A stretch of DNA of 64,000 nucleotides from assembly GCA_002269645.1 (NCBI GenBank), contig NIVC01003717.1, forward strand, positions 16,891 to 80,890, in the 5' to 3' direction. This document shows, one piece after another, positions 31,161 to 41,981 of this stretch. This stretch comes from Macrostomum lignano (lineage: Eukaryota). The notes below the pieces were generated by a model, which saw only the letters and a program-made list of their open reading frames with translations, was not told the DNA's origin and made no database searches. Positions within the stretch are counted from its first letter, which is position 1; each line of letters begins with the position of its first letter. The translations under genes and the position numbers were made by a program.

Positions 31161-31850
31161 GATTGTATTCCATTTCGGTAACAGCCACTTTGGTAACAAA
31201 AAATGACCACTTCAGTAACAGCCATTTCGGTAACAGCCACTACGGTAACAAGTGAGAATAATATATAAAATGTATTAATTGATAGGTCTATGCTCCGAAA
31301 GAATGTGCGAACAAACTTTGAAGAAAGAACGACAACGACAACGCAGGTATGCATTTGTTTAAGTTGTTTAAGAATGTTTTAACCGATCTATTTAATTTCC
31401 GGATGAGTCAAAAACATGCATGCACCCGAGACATCCTGTAATTGACCAAATATTGTGTACCGTGTACATTAGAATCTCTGATCTAGTTAGCGAATAGCGA
31501 CTTGATACTACAGAATCTACTTTCTTTATTAATACTTCTTAATACTTTCTTTATTAGTTATTTAAAATATTTAAAATATATTTTTTCAATTTCAACGTAT
31601 GGCCAGGCAGGCTAGCTCGCGCGCGGTTTAATTAATTTTATTTGCCTTTAAATTTTTTACAAAGTTAACGCGCAAGTTTAAACAAAGTATAACACAGTTT
31701 AACTAGAAAGTTTAACGATATGTGACAATAAGATATTTGAGATGTTAATTGTTAAACTAACTATAGCAAAGCTAATTATTATAAAAATAAAGTGTTGACA
31801 GTCGTAAATTTGCGTTACCGAAGTGGCTGTTACCGAAATGGCTGTTACCG
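31161..31850. mobile_element. Non-autonomous DNA element (Mutator-like) with inverted subterminal tandem motif GGTAACAGCCA(C/T)TTC
   Basis: Motif repeated at 31170-31255 and inverted at 31813-31850. 9-bp direct repeat GTTCATATT at 31152-31160 and 31851-31859. The extreme left terminus does not match the right perfectly. Confidence 0.6.
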
Positions 31851-32475
31851 GTTCATATTTGCTTCGATCTTCAATTTAAATTTTTGGGATTAAGGAATAT
31901 ATTTATACAAACACCAAAGTCGAAGTTGCATACGTAATAAGATATTGTATCAATATTTTTATTATATAAAAAATAGTACGCTCCCTTGAGTTTTTTGTTA
32001 ATGCTAGGATGCCTAATGAATGTCTAATTTGAAGACACACAACTGTACAAATGTCACAAACGAAACTTAATTTCAAACTTAAAAGCAGGTCAATATAACA
32101 AAAAATATTTTTGAATATTATTTTATTCCTAAATCTAAATGAATGAATAATGCTAAGCCTAATTTGAATAATCAGTTAGCTATAAGAGATGCTAGCTGCC
32201 AATTCAATTCAATAGACAATGGGTTAGGCAAGTGTTGGCAAACTCCAATTTATAAGCTAGATCTAGCCTATGGCTATGGGCCAGATCTGGCTTGTAAAAC
32301 ATTCTAGTCTGGCTTATAGTGCTTACTAGGGCCTGTTTAACAATGCAAAAGTGGCCTGTAAATCAATTTTTTGTTAAAACAATTCAACTTTACAAGTAAA
32401 ATTAGCTTTTATCCTATCATACCTATATTAGTTTTAACTATAAAGTAGGCCCTATTTGGTCTAATTATCTAAAAC

Positions 32476-32646
32476 CTACTTGGGTGCAACCTAGGGATTC
32501 ACCTGGCCATTTCTATTGGCAACATATACATGTAAGTCATTATTGGATGGAATAGTAGTCACGTAACTACTCTTAGCCAATAGTGACTTATATGTGTGTG
32601 TTGCCAATAGAAATGGCCAAGTGATTCCTAAGGTTGCATGTGTATG
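32476..32646. mobile_element. 171-bp hairpin MITE
   Basis: Arms TGCAACC...GGCCATTTCTATTGGCAAC...AAGTCA.TATTGG are near-perfect inverted repeats; 8-bp TSD TCTAAAAC at 32468-32475 and 32647-32654. Confidence 0.85.
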
Positions 32647-32986
32647 TCTAAAACTGTCATTTATAGCCAAAATTTGTTGTGTATTTTTTTCTGGCCTGCT
32701 GCCTTTGCCAGTCTTTTAATCTGACCTTCACTGAAAAAAGTTTGCTGACCCTTAGCTTAGGTTAGGGCATATACTACTTTTTATTTTTTTATCACTTCTT
32801 ATAATAATAAATATAATAAATCTAAGTTTTTATTGAACAAAATATAATGTAGACTTTTGATTTCAAATGCAAATTAAACAGACTTTTGATCCAAATATCT
32901 TTATAAGCCACTTTGTTAATGAAAAAATGATGTAAATGCATTGGTATAGATTTTCTAAAGATAATTTTTTTGATATTCATTATTTT

Positions 32987-33589
32987 CATACATGCGCAAC
33001 CTCCAAAATTTGGTTGGCCGTGCGACTTAGTTTTAACAAAAATGCGACATAGTTTTTGGCCAAAAATGCGACTTACACGTTAAAAATTCGTAAAGCAAAA
33101 TTAAAGCAACTTTGGGTAAACGGCAGGAGTAACTATGACTGTCTTATAAGGGCCCCTATTGCAGCGCATGGCTTAAGTACGCCAGATGCCTACACAACCT
33201 GCGCCACGCTGTGAAATGACTTACCTGTGAAAGAAACCCTAAAGCAAAATTAACGCAGTTTTGGGTAAACGGCAGGAGTAACTATGACTGTCTTATCAAG
33301 CCTAAATGCCTCAGCATCTAATTAGTACTACGCCCGTATTCTATGGGGTGGCATTTTTGCGACTTACCCCTGGTCCACCACCAATGCTGCGCCACGCAGG
33401 CTGATCCGCGCCAGACGCCGTCCGCCAAAATGCCCATGCGCTGCAATCAGGATAAGGGCTAAATGCCTCGTCATCTAATTAGTACTATGTCCGTATTATT
33501 TGGGGTGGGCATTTTTGCGACTTACCCCTGGTCCACCACAATTTACGGTGGCCAGATCGGCCAGGTCGGCCAGCAGTTGCGCATGTATG
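32987..33589 (+). mobile_element. MITE family A copy 1 (TIR CATACATGCGCAAC), carries a 28S-rDNA-like core, interrupted by family B
   Basis: 14-bp perfect TIRs; 8-bp TSD ATTATTTT at 32979-32986 and 33590-33597; 297 bp after removing the nested element and one TSD. Confidence 0.92.
33154..33451 (+). mobile_element. MITE family B (TIR CC(CT/TG)ATTGCAGCGCATGG), 298 bp, nested in family A, same 28S-like core
   Basis: TIRs at 33154-33171 and 33434-33451; 8-bp TSD ATAAGGGC at 33146-33153 and 33452-33459. Confidence 0.9.
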
Positions 33590-34126
33590 ATTATTTTTCT
33601 TAAGCAAGTTACTCTTCTTAAATAATACTTAGCTATTTAAAGTAATAAATATAGAGCATTTGTTGTTAGATTAGACCCTACTTTCTATTTTTGATATCTT
33701 AGTTCTAATTTATAATTTAGGCATCAAAAAGCAAATTAGCAAACTGGGGTATAGAAATACTAGGTACCAAATGCATAGATACCTTAATTCTAATGCTAAT
33801 AGCTTTTTTATCATATATTTAATATAGTGAGAAAATAAAAATGATACTAATAGTTTCACCCATTAGTCTATTACTCATTAACAAATATAAATGTTACATA
33901 TTATATAGAAATGGCTAAGATTGTTTTGATCTTAACTTTAGTTTCTTTTGTTACAATTCTATTAATGTGTATATAGTATCAAAAATCTATTGGCAATATT
34001 CAATTATTTCTATTGATTTATAATCTTAAATATATGTATTATGGATATGATTTCTTTGGTTCAAATATTATATGCAAAGTGTAATATGTTTTCCATTTAT
34101 ATTAAATATGAGGGGTTAAAAGCTAT

Positions 34127-34424
34127 CATACATGCGCAACAGTCGGCCGAGTCAGCCGATCTGGCCGACCAATTTGGCAGCCAACCAAGGTAAGTTGCAA
34201 AAATTGCCACCCCAAAGAATACAGATGTAGTACTAATTAGGTAACGAGGCATTTAGCCCTTATAATACAGTCATAGTTACTCCTGTTGTTTACCCAAAAT
34301 TGCGTTACTTTTGCTTAATGGTTTCTTTCACAGGTAAGTCACATTTTTGGCCAAAAACTACGTCACATTTTTTGTTAAAACAAAGTCGCACAGCCGACCG
34401 AATTTTGGAGGTTGCACATGTATG
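34127..34424 (-). mobile_element. MITE family A copy 2 (298 bp, opposite orientation, empty site)
   Basis: TIR CATACATG(C/T)GCAAC; 8-bp TSD AAAGCTAT at 34119-34126 and 34425-34432; 28S-like core at 34232-34295. Confidence 0.92.
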
Positions 34425-34656
34425 AAAGCTATTAGCAAATAGCCACTAAACTAAAAAAAGGAGGTAGAAAGTCTAACAATAAACTATTACAAATTTATAT
34501 ATAGAAAAAGTCAAACTGTTATTTAACTATAATAACCTAATATGAGCTAAGGTAATATTTATACTATTGAATTGTAAGAGGGAGAAAAGTGCTTCTTTAT
34601 GAGCTTAGCTGATCTTATTTATTAGTTTAGCAATAAGGTAGTGCATATAAATAGAT

Positions 34657-34699
<43 letters not shown>

Positions 34700-34709
<10 letters not shown>

Positions 34710-34970
34710 TGCATAACCTCTTTGATTTGCACTGGCTATGCAACTTTTTTTGACCAAAAATCCAACTTACCTATGAAAGAAACCTAAGCCAATTAATGTA
34801 TGTTTTGGTAAACAATGGGAATTAGTATGGCTAGATATTATTAAATCTAAATGCCTCATAATCTAATTAGTACTAGTCTATTTTTGGGTGGGCATTTTTG
34901 TAACTTAACTTGGCTGGGGCTATTGCTAGCCAGCTAGATTGGCTGGGTCTTATGGATGTATGCATGTGTG
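34700..34970 (+). mobile_element. Old decayed copy of MITE family A
   Basis: Collinear remnants ACTTACCTATGAAAGAAACC, GGTAAAC, TAAATGCCTC..AATCTAATTAGTACTA, GGGTGGGCATTTTTG; ends degenerate, no TSD visible. Confidence 0.7.
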
Positions 34971-35774
34971 CATGGGGTCCCATGTATTTAAAGGGTTGAA
35001 TACTATGCTATTCAAATCACTAAGCTAGTCAATAGCAATGGCCATTGCTAGTGAGTCAATAATTCAGTGTAGGCAACCTAATGCAAAGTTCATTGTATCA
35101 TTATATCATAATAACAATATAAATAGTAAGAAAAAAAGATATTTTCAGAGTTAACTTGTCAGTTTTGTCAATATTTATTTATATTTATTATATTTTATAG
35201 TTGACTTATTCGAATACAAGGAAATACTTTTATATAAATGTGTACTAAGATCTCATATTGTCTTAGGAAATAGATCCAAACCAGCATTGACCATTCTCAT
35301 TCTTGCTTAATTATGCTTTGTCCATGAACTTTCTATCTAGGGTCTATCAAGATAGTGTCTTATGCAAATGAGAAAATGAATTGGTATGCCTATATACTTG
35401 AGCACATAACAGTTCTACCATAGTTAAAGATATTGCTATGTTTATGAGAAGTTACTGATATGGGGTTTTTTAGACAATATATTTATATGGATGTTTATGA
35501 AAATACACATTTTCCATATCTGTATCTAGGCCACTGAATAACTTTGTCTAAAGTTGATGGGCATTGAGTGTCACAGATACATTCTGCGCTATCTATGGAG
35601 CATAGAGACTGCATTCTAGCAACTGTAACAACCAGTAGCTAGAAGTACCAATGCCCCATTTGTGACATAGTCGCTAAGTACTGCTTAGATAGACTGACGG
35701 CAAGAAAGTATATAATAGCAGCCTTAGTAAATTTCTTTTGCATTTGTAAATTTCATCAAGCCAGTCTACAAGCA

Positions 35775-38700
35775 ATGGACTTGGACGCTATTGACAATGA
35801 AGATCAGGAATTTTCTCTACGCGAATCTTGCGGTGTCTATGGCGCCATTTTATTTAACAGTGGCATCAACTCTGAAGCTACGACAGCCGGAGCAAGTTAC
35901 AGAAATACGAGTTCCATGTTAGACTTATTAGTGTTAGGCATGACTGCTCTGCAGCACAGAGGTCAGGAGTCAGCTGGATTAGTGGTGTCAGATGGCGGGC
36001 CAAAAATCTGTGTGCAGCGTGGCATGGGCCTGGTGGCGCAGGCCTTCACGCCTGAACGGTTGGCTTCCTTGTTAGGCGCCGATAAGCCAGTTTGGCGTTT
36101 GGGCCTCGGGCATACTCGGTTGGTTGCTTGTGTTTTACTACTTACTCAGTAGGCAGTTAAGTCTGTTTAGAATTGCTCAGTAATCACCCTGGAAATCTGC
36201 TCAAAGAATCGCCCCTCAAAAAATCCCCCCTCAAAGAATCGCCCCTCAAAGAATTACCCCTCAAAACAGCGCCCTCAAAGAATAACCCCTCAATGAATCG
36301 CCAACTAAAGAATCGCCCCTCAAAGAATCACCCCTCAAAGAATCGCCCCTTAAAAATCGCTCCTTAAAGAATCGCCCCTCAAAGAATCACCCCTTTAAAG
36401 AATCGCCCCTTAAAGCATCGCCCCCAAAGCATCGCCCCTTTAAGGCATCGCCCTCCCAAAGAATCGCCCCTCAAAGCATCCCTAATTAAATTATCACCCC
36501 CTTAGAGAATCGCCCCTCGAAGAATCGCCCCTCGAAGAATCGCCCCTTAAAAATCGCTCCTTAAAGAATCGCCCCCCAAAGAATCGCCCCTCAAAGAATC
36601 GCCCCTCAAAGAATCACCCCTTTAAAGAATCACCCCTCGAAGAATCGCCCCCAAAGCATCGCCCCTTTAAGGCATCGCCCTCCCAAAGAATCGCCCCTCA
36701 AAGCATCCCTAATTAAATTATCACCCCCTTAGAGAATCGCCCCTCGAAGAATTCGCCCCTCGAAGAATCGCCCCTTAAAAATCGCTCCTTAAAGAATCGC
36801 CCCCCAAAGAATCGCCCCTCAAAGAATCGCCCCTCAAAGAATCACCCCTTTAAAGAATCACCCCTCGAAGAATCGCCCCCAAAGCATCGCCCCTTTAAGG
36901 CATCGCCCTCCCAAAGAATCGCCCCTCAAAGCATCCCTAATTAAATTATCACCCCCTTAGAGAATCGCCCCTCGAAGAATCGCCCCTCGAAGAATCGCCC
37001 CTTAAAAATCGCTCCTTAAAGAATCGCCCCCCAAAGAATCGCCCCTCAAAGAATCGCCCCTCAAAGAATCACCCCTTTAAAGAATCACCCCTCGAAGAAT
37101 CGCCCCCAAAGCATCGCCCCTTTAAGGCATCGCCCTCCCAAAGAATCGCCCCTCAAAGCATCCCTAATTAAATTATCACCCCCTTAGAGAATCGCCCCCC
37201 AAAGAATCGCCCCTCAAAGAATCGCCCCTCAAAGAATCACCCCTTTAAAGAATCACCCCTCGAAGAATCGCCCCCAAAGCATCGCCCCTTTAAGGCATCG
37301 CCCTCCCAAAGAATCGCCCCTCAAAGCATCCCTAATTAAATTATCACCCCCTTAGAGAATCGCCCCCCAAAGAATCGCCCCTCAAAGAATCGCCCCTCAA
37401 AGAATCACCCCTTTAAAGAATCACCCCTCGAAGAATCGCCCCCAAAGCATCGCCCCTTTAAGGCATCGCCCTCCCAAAGAATCGCCCCTCAAAGCATCCC
37501 TAATTAAATTATCACCCCCTTAGAGAATCGCCCCTCGAAGAATCACCCCTCAAAAATCACCTATCAAAGAATCGCCCTCAACCAAACAGACAGCAAACTA
37601 ACAAGGTACAGCATATATTATACATCTGTACCATCCGCCGCCACCATAACGCCAGATACTCCACCCTGGGCGCCTCAGAATCAATCAACTGTCAACCGTT
37701 CGTTGTTGAAACAACCTGCGGCCAATTTGCCGTAGCCCACAATGGCGAACTGGTGAATGCTAACAGATTAAAATCTGAAATACTACAAGCCGGTATTGGT
37801 CTGAGCACGGACACGGATAGCGAGTTGATCACACAGATGCTGTGCACCAGATCTCCTAGCCAGTGCTGGACAGAACGGATCACCTATTTCATGTCCAAAT
37901 GCTCCACGTCATATAGCCTGCTGATTCTGACTGGCGATTCTATCTACGCTGTCAGAGACCCGTTCGGTAATAGGCCTCTGTGTCTGGGAGAGATTCTCTG
38001 CGGCGAGTGAGTTGCTCACGTCTGTGTGCGAGCTGCTTTTTATTTGTACTTGTGTTTTATTGCTTGGCATACTTCTATCCTCTCTCTGTCTCCCTGTCTC
38101 CCTCTCTCCCTGTCTCCCTCTCTCTCTGTCTCCCACCCTGTCTCCCTCCCTGTCTCCCTCTCTCCCTGTCTCCCTCTCTCCTTGTCTCCCTCTCTCCCTG
38201 TCTCCCTCTCTCCCTGTCTCCCTCTCTCCCTGTCTCCCTCTCTCCCTGTCTCCCTCTGTCTCCCTCTCTCCCTGTCTCCCTGTCTCCCTGTCTCCCTCTC
38301 TCCCTGTCTCCCTCTCTCTCTGTCTCCCACCCTGTCTCCCTCCCTGTCTCCCTCTCTCCCTGTCTCCCTCTCTCCCTCTCTCCCTGTCTCCCTCTCTCCC
38401 TGTCTCCCTCCCTGTCTCCCTCTCTCCCTGTCTCCCTCTCTCCCTGTCTCCCTCTGTCTCCCTCTCTCCCTGTCTCCCTGTCTCCCTCTCTCCCTGTCTC
38501 CCTCTCTCTCTGTCTCCCACCCTGTCTCCCTCCCTGTCTCCCTCTCTCCCTGTCTCCCTCTCTCCCTCTCTCCCTGTCTCCCTCTCTCCCTGTCTCCCTC
38601 TCTCCCTGTCTCCCTCTCTCCCTGTCTCCCTCTGTCTCCCTCTCTCCCTGTCTCCCTCTCTCCCTGTCTCCCTCCCTGTCTCCCTCTCTCCCTGTCTCCC

Positions 38701-41700
38701 TCTCTCCCTGTCTCCCTTTCCCTGTTTCCCCCACTTTCCCTAATCCCACTTCCCTTTAATTTCCCTACTATCACATCATTCTCCAGTCTCCTACACAAGG
38801 TTTATCTTCTCAGATTCCCATTCCCCTCTTTTCCCTCATAAATTCTTCCTTTCGGCTCTCTGTTCCCTCTGCTAAAGTCAGTCTAATTCTGCACATTCTT
38901 CAACAGGTCGCATTATAATTTACTCACAAGCCAAATTTCCACTCTCTCATATCGCAGCGAAGTCATCGGCTACGCCGTATCATCCGAGAGTTGCGCATTC
39001 CAATCCACCAGCACTAGGCTGCTTCGCGAAGTTCAACCAGGCGAAATTGTTCGCCTGTCGATTCAACAACAGCCTGAATTGTCTGGCGCCGCCAGTACTA
39101 TTGAAACCTGCGCCATCGTACCCCGACCGTCTGCTTCTTCTAGTAGCAATGCAACTGGGGCGTCTGAGTCTACCGCGGTTTTGCCCGCTATGTGTATATT
39201 TGAGTACGTGTACTTTGCTCGGCCGGATTCTCAATTCGAGGGTCAGCAGGTAAATTATCAACACGTCGAGTTTTATTCCGTGTCTTCTACTTATGAGTAG
39301 AAATATGCGCATCTTATCATTCCTTTTACATGGTTTTCATCTTACATGATGTGTGTTAGTTAATTTTAAAGCAGGTCTAACGACTCAAACGACTGCAATG
39401 CGACGTTGAGTGGACACCTCTAAGGGCGCTTTTCTAGCATTATAGAAGCCCTCTTTAGAGTCATTATAGAAGCCCCCTTTAGAGTCATTTTAGAAGCCCC
39501 CTTTAGAGTCATTATAGAAGCCCCCTTTAGAGTCATTATAGAAGCCCCCTTTAGAGTCATTATAGAAGCCCCCTTTAGAGTCATTTTAGAAGCCCCCTTT
39601 AGAGTCATTATAGAAGCCCCCTTTAGAGTCATTATAGAAGCCCCCTTTAGAGTCATTATAGAAGCGCCCTTTAGAGTCATTATAGAAGCCCCCTTTAGAG
39701 TCATTATAGAAGCCCCCTTTAGAGTCATTATAGAAGCGCCCTTAGAGTCATTATAGAAGCCCCCTTTAGAGTCATTATAGAAGCGCCCTTTAAAGTCATT
39801 ATAGAAGCGCCCTTTAGAGTCATTATAGAAGCGCCCTTTAAAGTCATTATAGAAGCGCCCTTTAAAGTCATTATAGAAGCGCCCTTTAGAGTCATTATAG
39901 AAGCGCCCTTAGAGTCATTATAGAAGTGCCCTTTAAAGTCATTATAGAAGCGCCCTTTAGAGTCATTATAGAAGCGCCCTTAGAGTCATTATATAAGCGC
40001 CCTTTGAGTCATTATAGAAGCGCCCTTTGGAGTCATTATAGAAGCGCCCTTTGGAGTCATTATAGAAGCGCCCTTTGAGTCATTATAGAAGCCCCTTTAG
40101 AGTCATTATAGAAGCGCCCTTAGTAACTCAGAGACGCTTGTTGACCTAGGTACCATTTTCATCGGGGCTGTCTTGCCCACAGCACGGAATCAGTAATCAA
40201 ATGATCCTGTTTTCCTTAACCCCTACTTACCGAGTAGCAAATTATGCGAATTTTCTCTATTCTTTTCTTATTTAGGTTTATTCTGTAAGACGTCGATGCG
40301 GTGCTCAGTTGGCCAGCGAGAGTCCCTGTTCAGTAGATTTGGTTTCTACAGTGCCAGAGTCTGCCACTCCAGCTGCCATGGGCTATGCCAGCGCCTGCGG
40401 ACTGCCTTATGTGGAGGTTTGCTGCAGTTCTCTTTGCAGTGTTCTCGGTGTCTTGGGTTATCCAAATGGAACTCCTCACTGTTAGGCCCGTTGGGAGCCA
40501 GCCTCCTAGATCCTCAGTTGCTGGGCCAGCCTTCCAGATCCTCAGTTGCTGGGCCAGCCTTCCAGATCCTCGGTTGCTGGGCCAGCCTTCCAGATCCTCA
40601 GTTGCTGGGCCAGCCTTCCAGATCCTCAGTTGCTGGGCCAGCCTCCCAGATCCTCAGTTGCTGGGCCAGCCTTCCAGATCCTCAGTTGCTGGGCCAGCCT
40701 CCCAGAGTGTCAGTTGCTGGGCCAGCCTCCCAGATCCTCAGTTGCTGGGCCAGCCTCCCAGAGTGTCAGTTGCTGGGCCAGCCTCCCAGATCCTCAGTTG
40801 CTGGGCCAGCCTCCCAGATCCTCAGTTGCGGGGCCAGCCTCCCAGATCCTCAGTTGCTGGGCCAGCCTCCCAGATCCTCAGTTGCGGGGCCAGCCTCCCA
40901 GATCCTCAGTTGCGGGGCCAGCCTCCCAGATTCTCAGTTGCTGGGCCAGCCTCCCAGATTCTCAGTTGCTGGCCCAGCCTCCCAGATTCTCAGTTGCTGG
41001 GCCAGCCTTCCAGATCCTCAGTTGCTGGGCCAGCCTTCCAGATCCTCGGTTGCTGGGCCAGCCTTCCAGATCCTCAGTTGCTGGGCCAGCCTCCCAGATC
41101 CTCAGTTGCTGGGCCAGCCTCCCAGATCCTCAGTTGCTGGGCCAGCCTTCCAGATCCTCAGTTGCTGGGCCAGCCTCCCAGAGTGTCAGTTGCTGGGCCA
41201 GCCTCCTAGATCCTCAGTTGCTGGGCCAGCCTCCCAGATCCTCAGTTGCTGGGCCAGCCTCCCAGAGTGTCAGTTGCTGGGCCAGCCTCCCAGATCCTCA
41301 GTTGCTGGGCCAGCCTCCCAGATCCTCAGTTGCGGGGCCAGCCTCCCAGATCCTCAGTTGCGGGGCCAGCCTCCCAGATCCTCAGTTGCTGGGCCAGCCT
41401 CCCAGATTCTCAGTTGCTGGGCCAGCCTCCCAGATTCTCAGTTGCTGGGCCAGCCTCCCAGATTCTCAGTTGCTGGGCCAGCCTCCCAGTGTCAGAGCCC
41501 ACTCTAACCCGACCCCATCTGCCCTCAGGTATTCTGCAAGAACCGCTACATCGGTCGCACCTTCATACAGCCCAGCAATCTGCTGCGTCAAGTTGGCGTA
41601 GCAAAAAAATTCGGCGTCATCGAAGAGAACGTACGCGATAAGCGCATCGTGCTCATTGACGACTCCATTGTTCGGGGCAACACAATGGGCCCTATTGTTA

Positions 41701-41981
41701 GCCTTCTACGATCTCATGGTGCATCCGAGGTGCATATTCGCATTGCCAGTCCGCCTCTGCGTCATCCCTGCTATATGGGGATTAATATCCCAACTAAAGA
41801 GGAGCTGATCGCTAACAAGCTCACGTTGGAGCAGCTTCGAAGAGCTTTGAACGCGGATTCTTTAGCCTATCTCAGCGTTGAAGGACTGCACAAGGCTGTC
41901 TCGGCTGGGTGCACCAGCAACCCTATTGGACATTGCGATGCCTGTCTGACAGGGAAATATCCTGTGCAGCTAGACTGGTAA
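35775..41981 (+). CDS. PPAT: Amidophosphoribosyltransferase (glutamine PRPP amidotransferase), 5 exons, ~526 aa
   Basis: Exons 35775-36118, 37656-38006, 38958-39249, 40276-40416, 41529-41981. Propeptide then catalytic Cys (LRES-CGVYG), [66 protein letters not shown] (Fe-S ligands), LDW end. Confidence 0.97.
36190..37580. repeat. ~15-bp minisatellite (AAGAATCGCCCCTCA) with higher-order repeats in PPAT intron 1
   Basis: Marker CCCTAATTAAATTATC recurs at spacings 227, 228, 227, 168, 168 bp. Confidence 0.93.
38075..38725. repeat. CT-rich low-complexity repeat (TCTCCCTGTCTCCCTC)n in PPAT intron 2
   Basis: Seen directly. Confidence 0.95.
39420..40125. repeat. 24-bp minisatellite (TTTAGAGTCATTATAGAAGCCCCC) in PPAT intron 3
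   Basis: Seen directly. Confidence 0.95.
40495..41490. repeat. 28-bp minisatellite (CAGTTGCTGGGCCAGCCTCCCAGATCCT) in PPAT intron 4
   Basis: About 35 copies. Confidence 0.95.

Noticed and set aside
32225-32760. hAT-type MITE enclosing the hairpin element (CAAGTGTTGGCAAACT ... AGTTTGCTGACCCTTA)
   Set aside because: Ends are hAT-like but degenerate and no convincing TSD could be found.
28249-33459. piggyBac as the partner (Pokey-like) transposase for the 28S-mimic MITEs
   Set aside because: piggyBac makes TTAA duplications and has different ends; the MITEs have variable 8-bp TSDs and unrelated TIRs. The piggyBac flanks are not rDNA.
33114-34295. 28S rRNA gene
   Set aside because: Only 64-nt pieces embedded in TIR/TSD-bounded elements; no other rRNA sequence around them.
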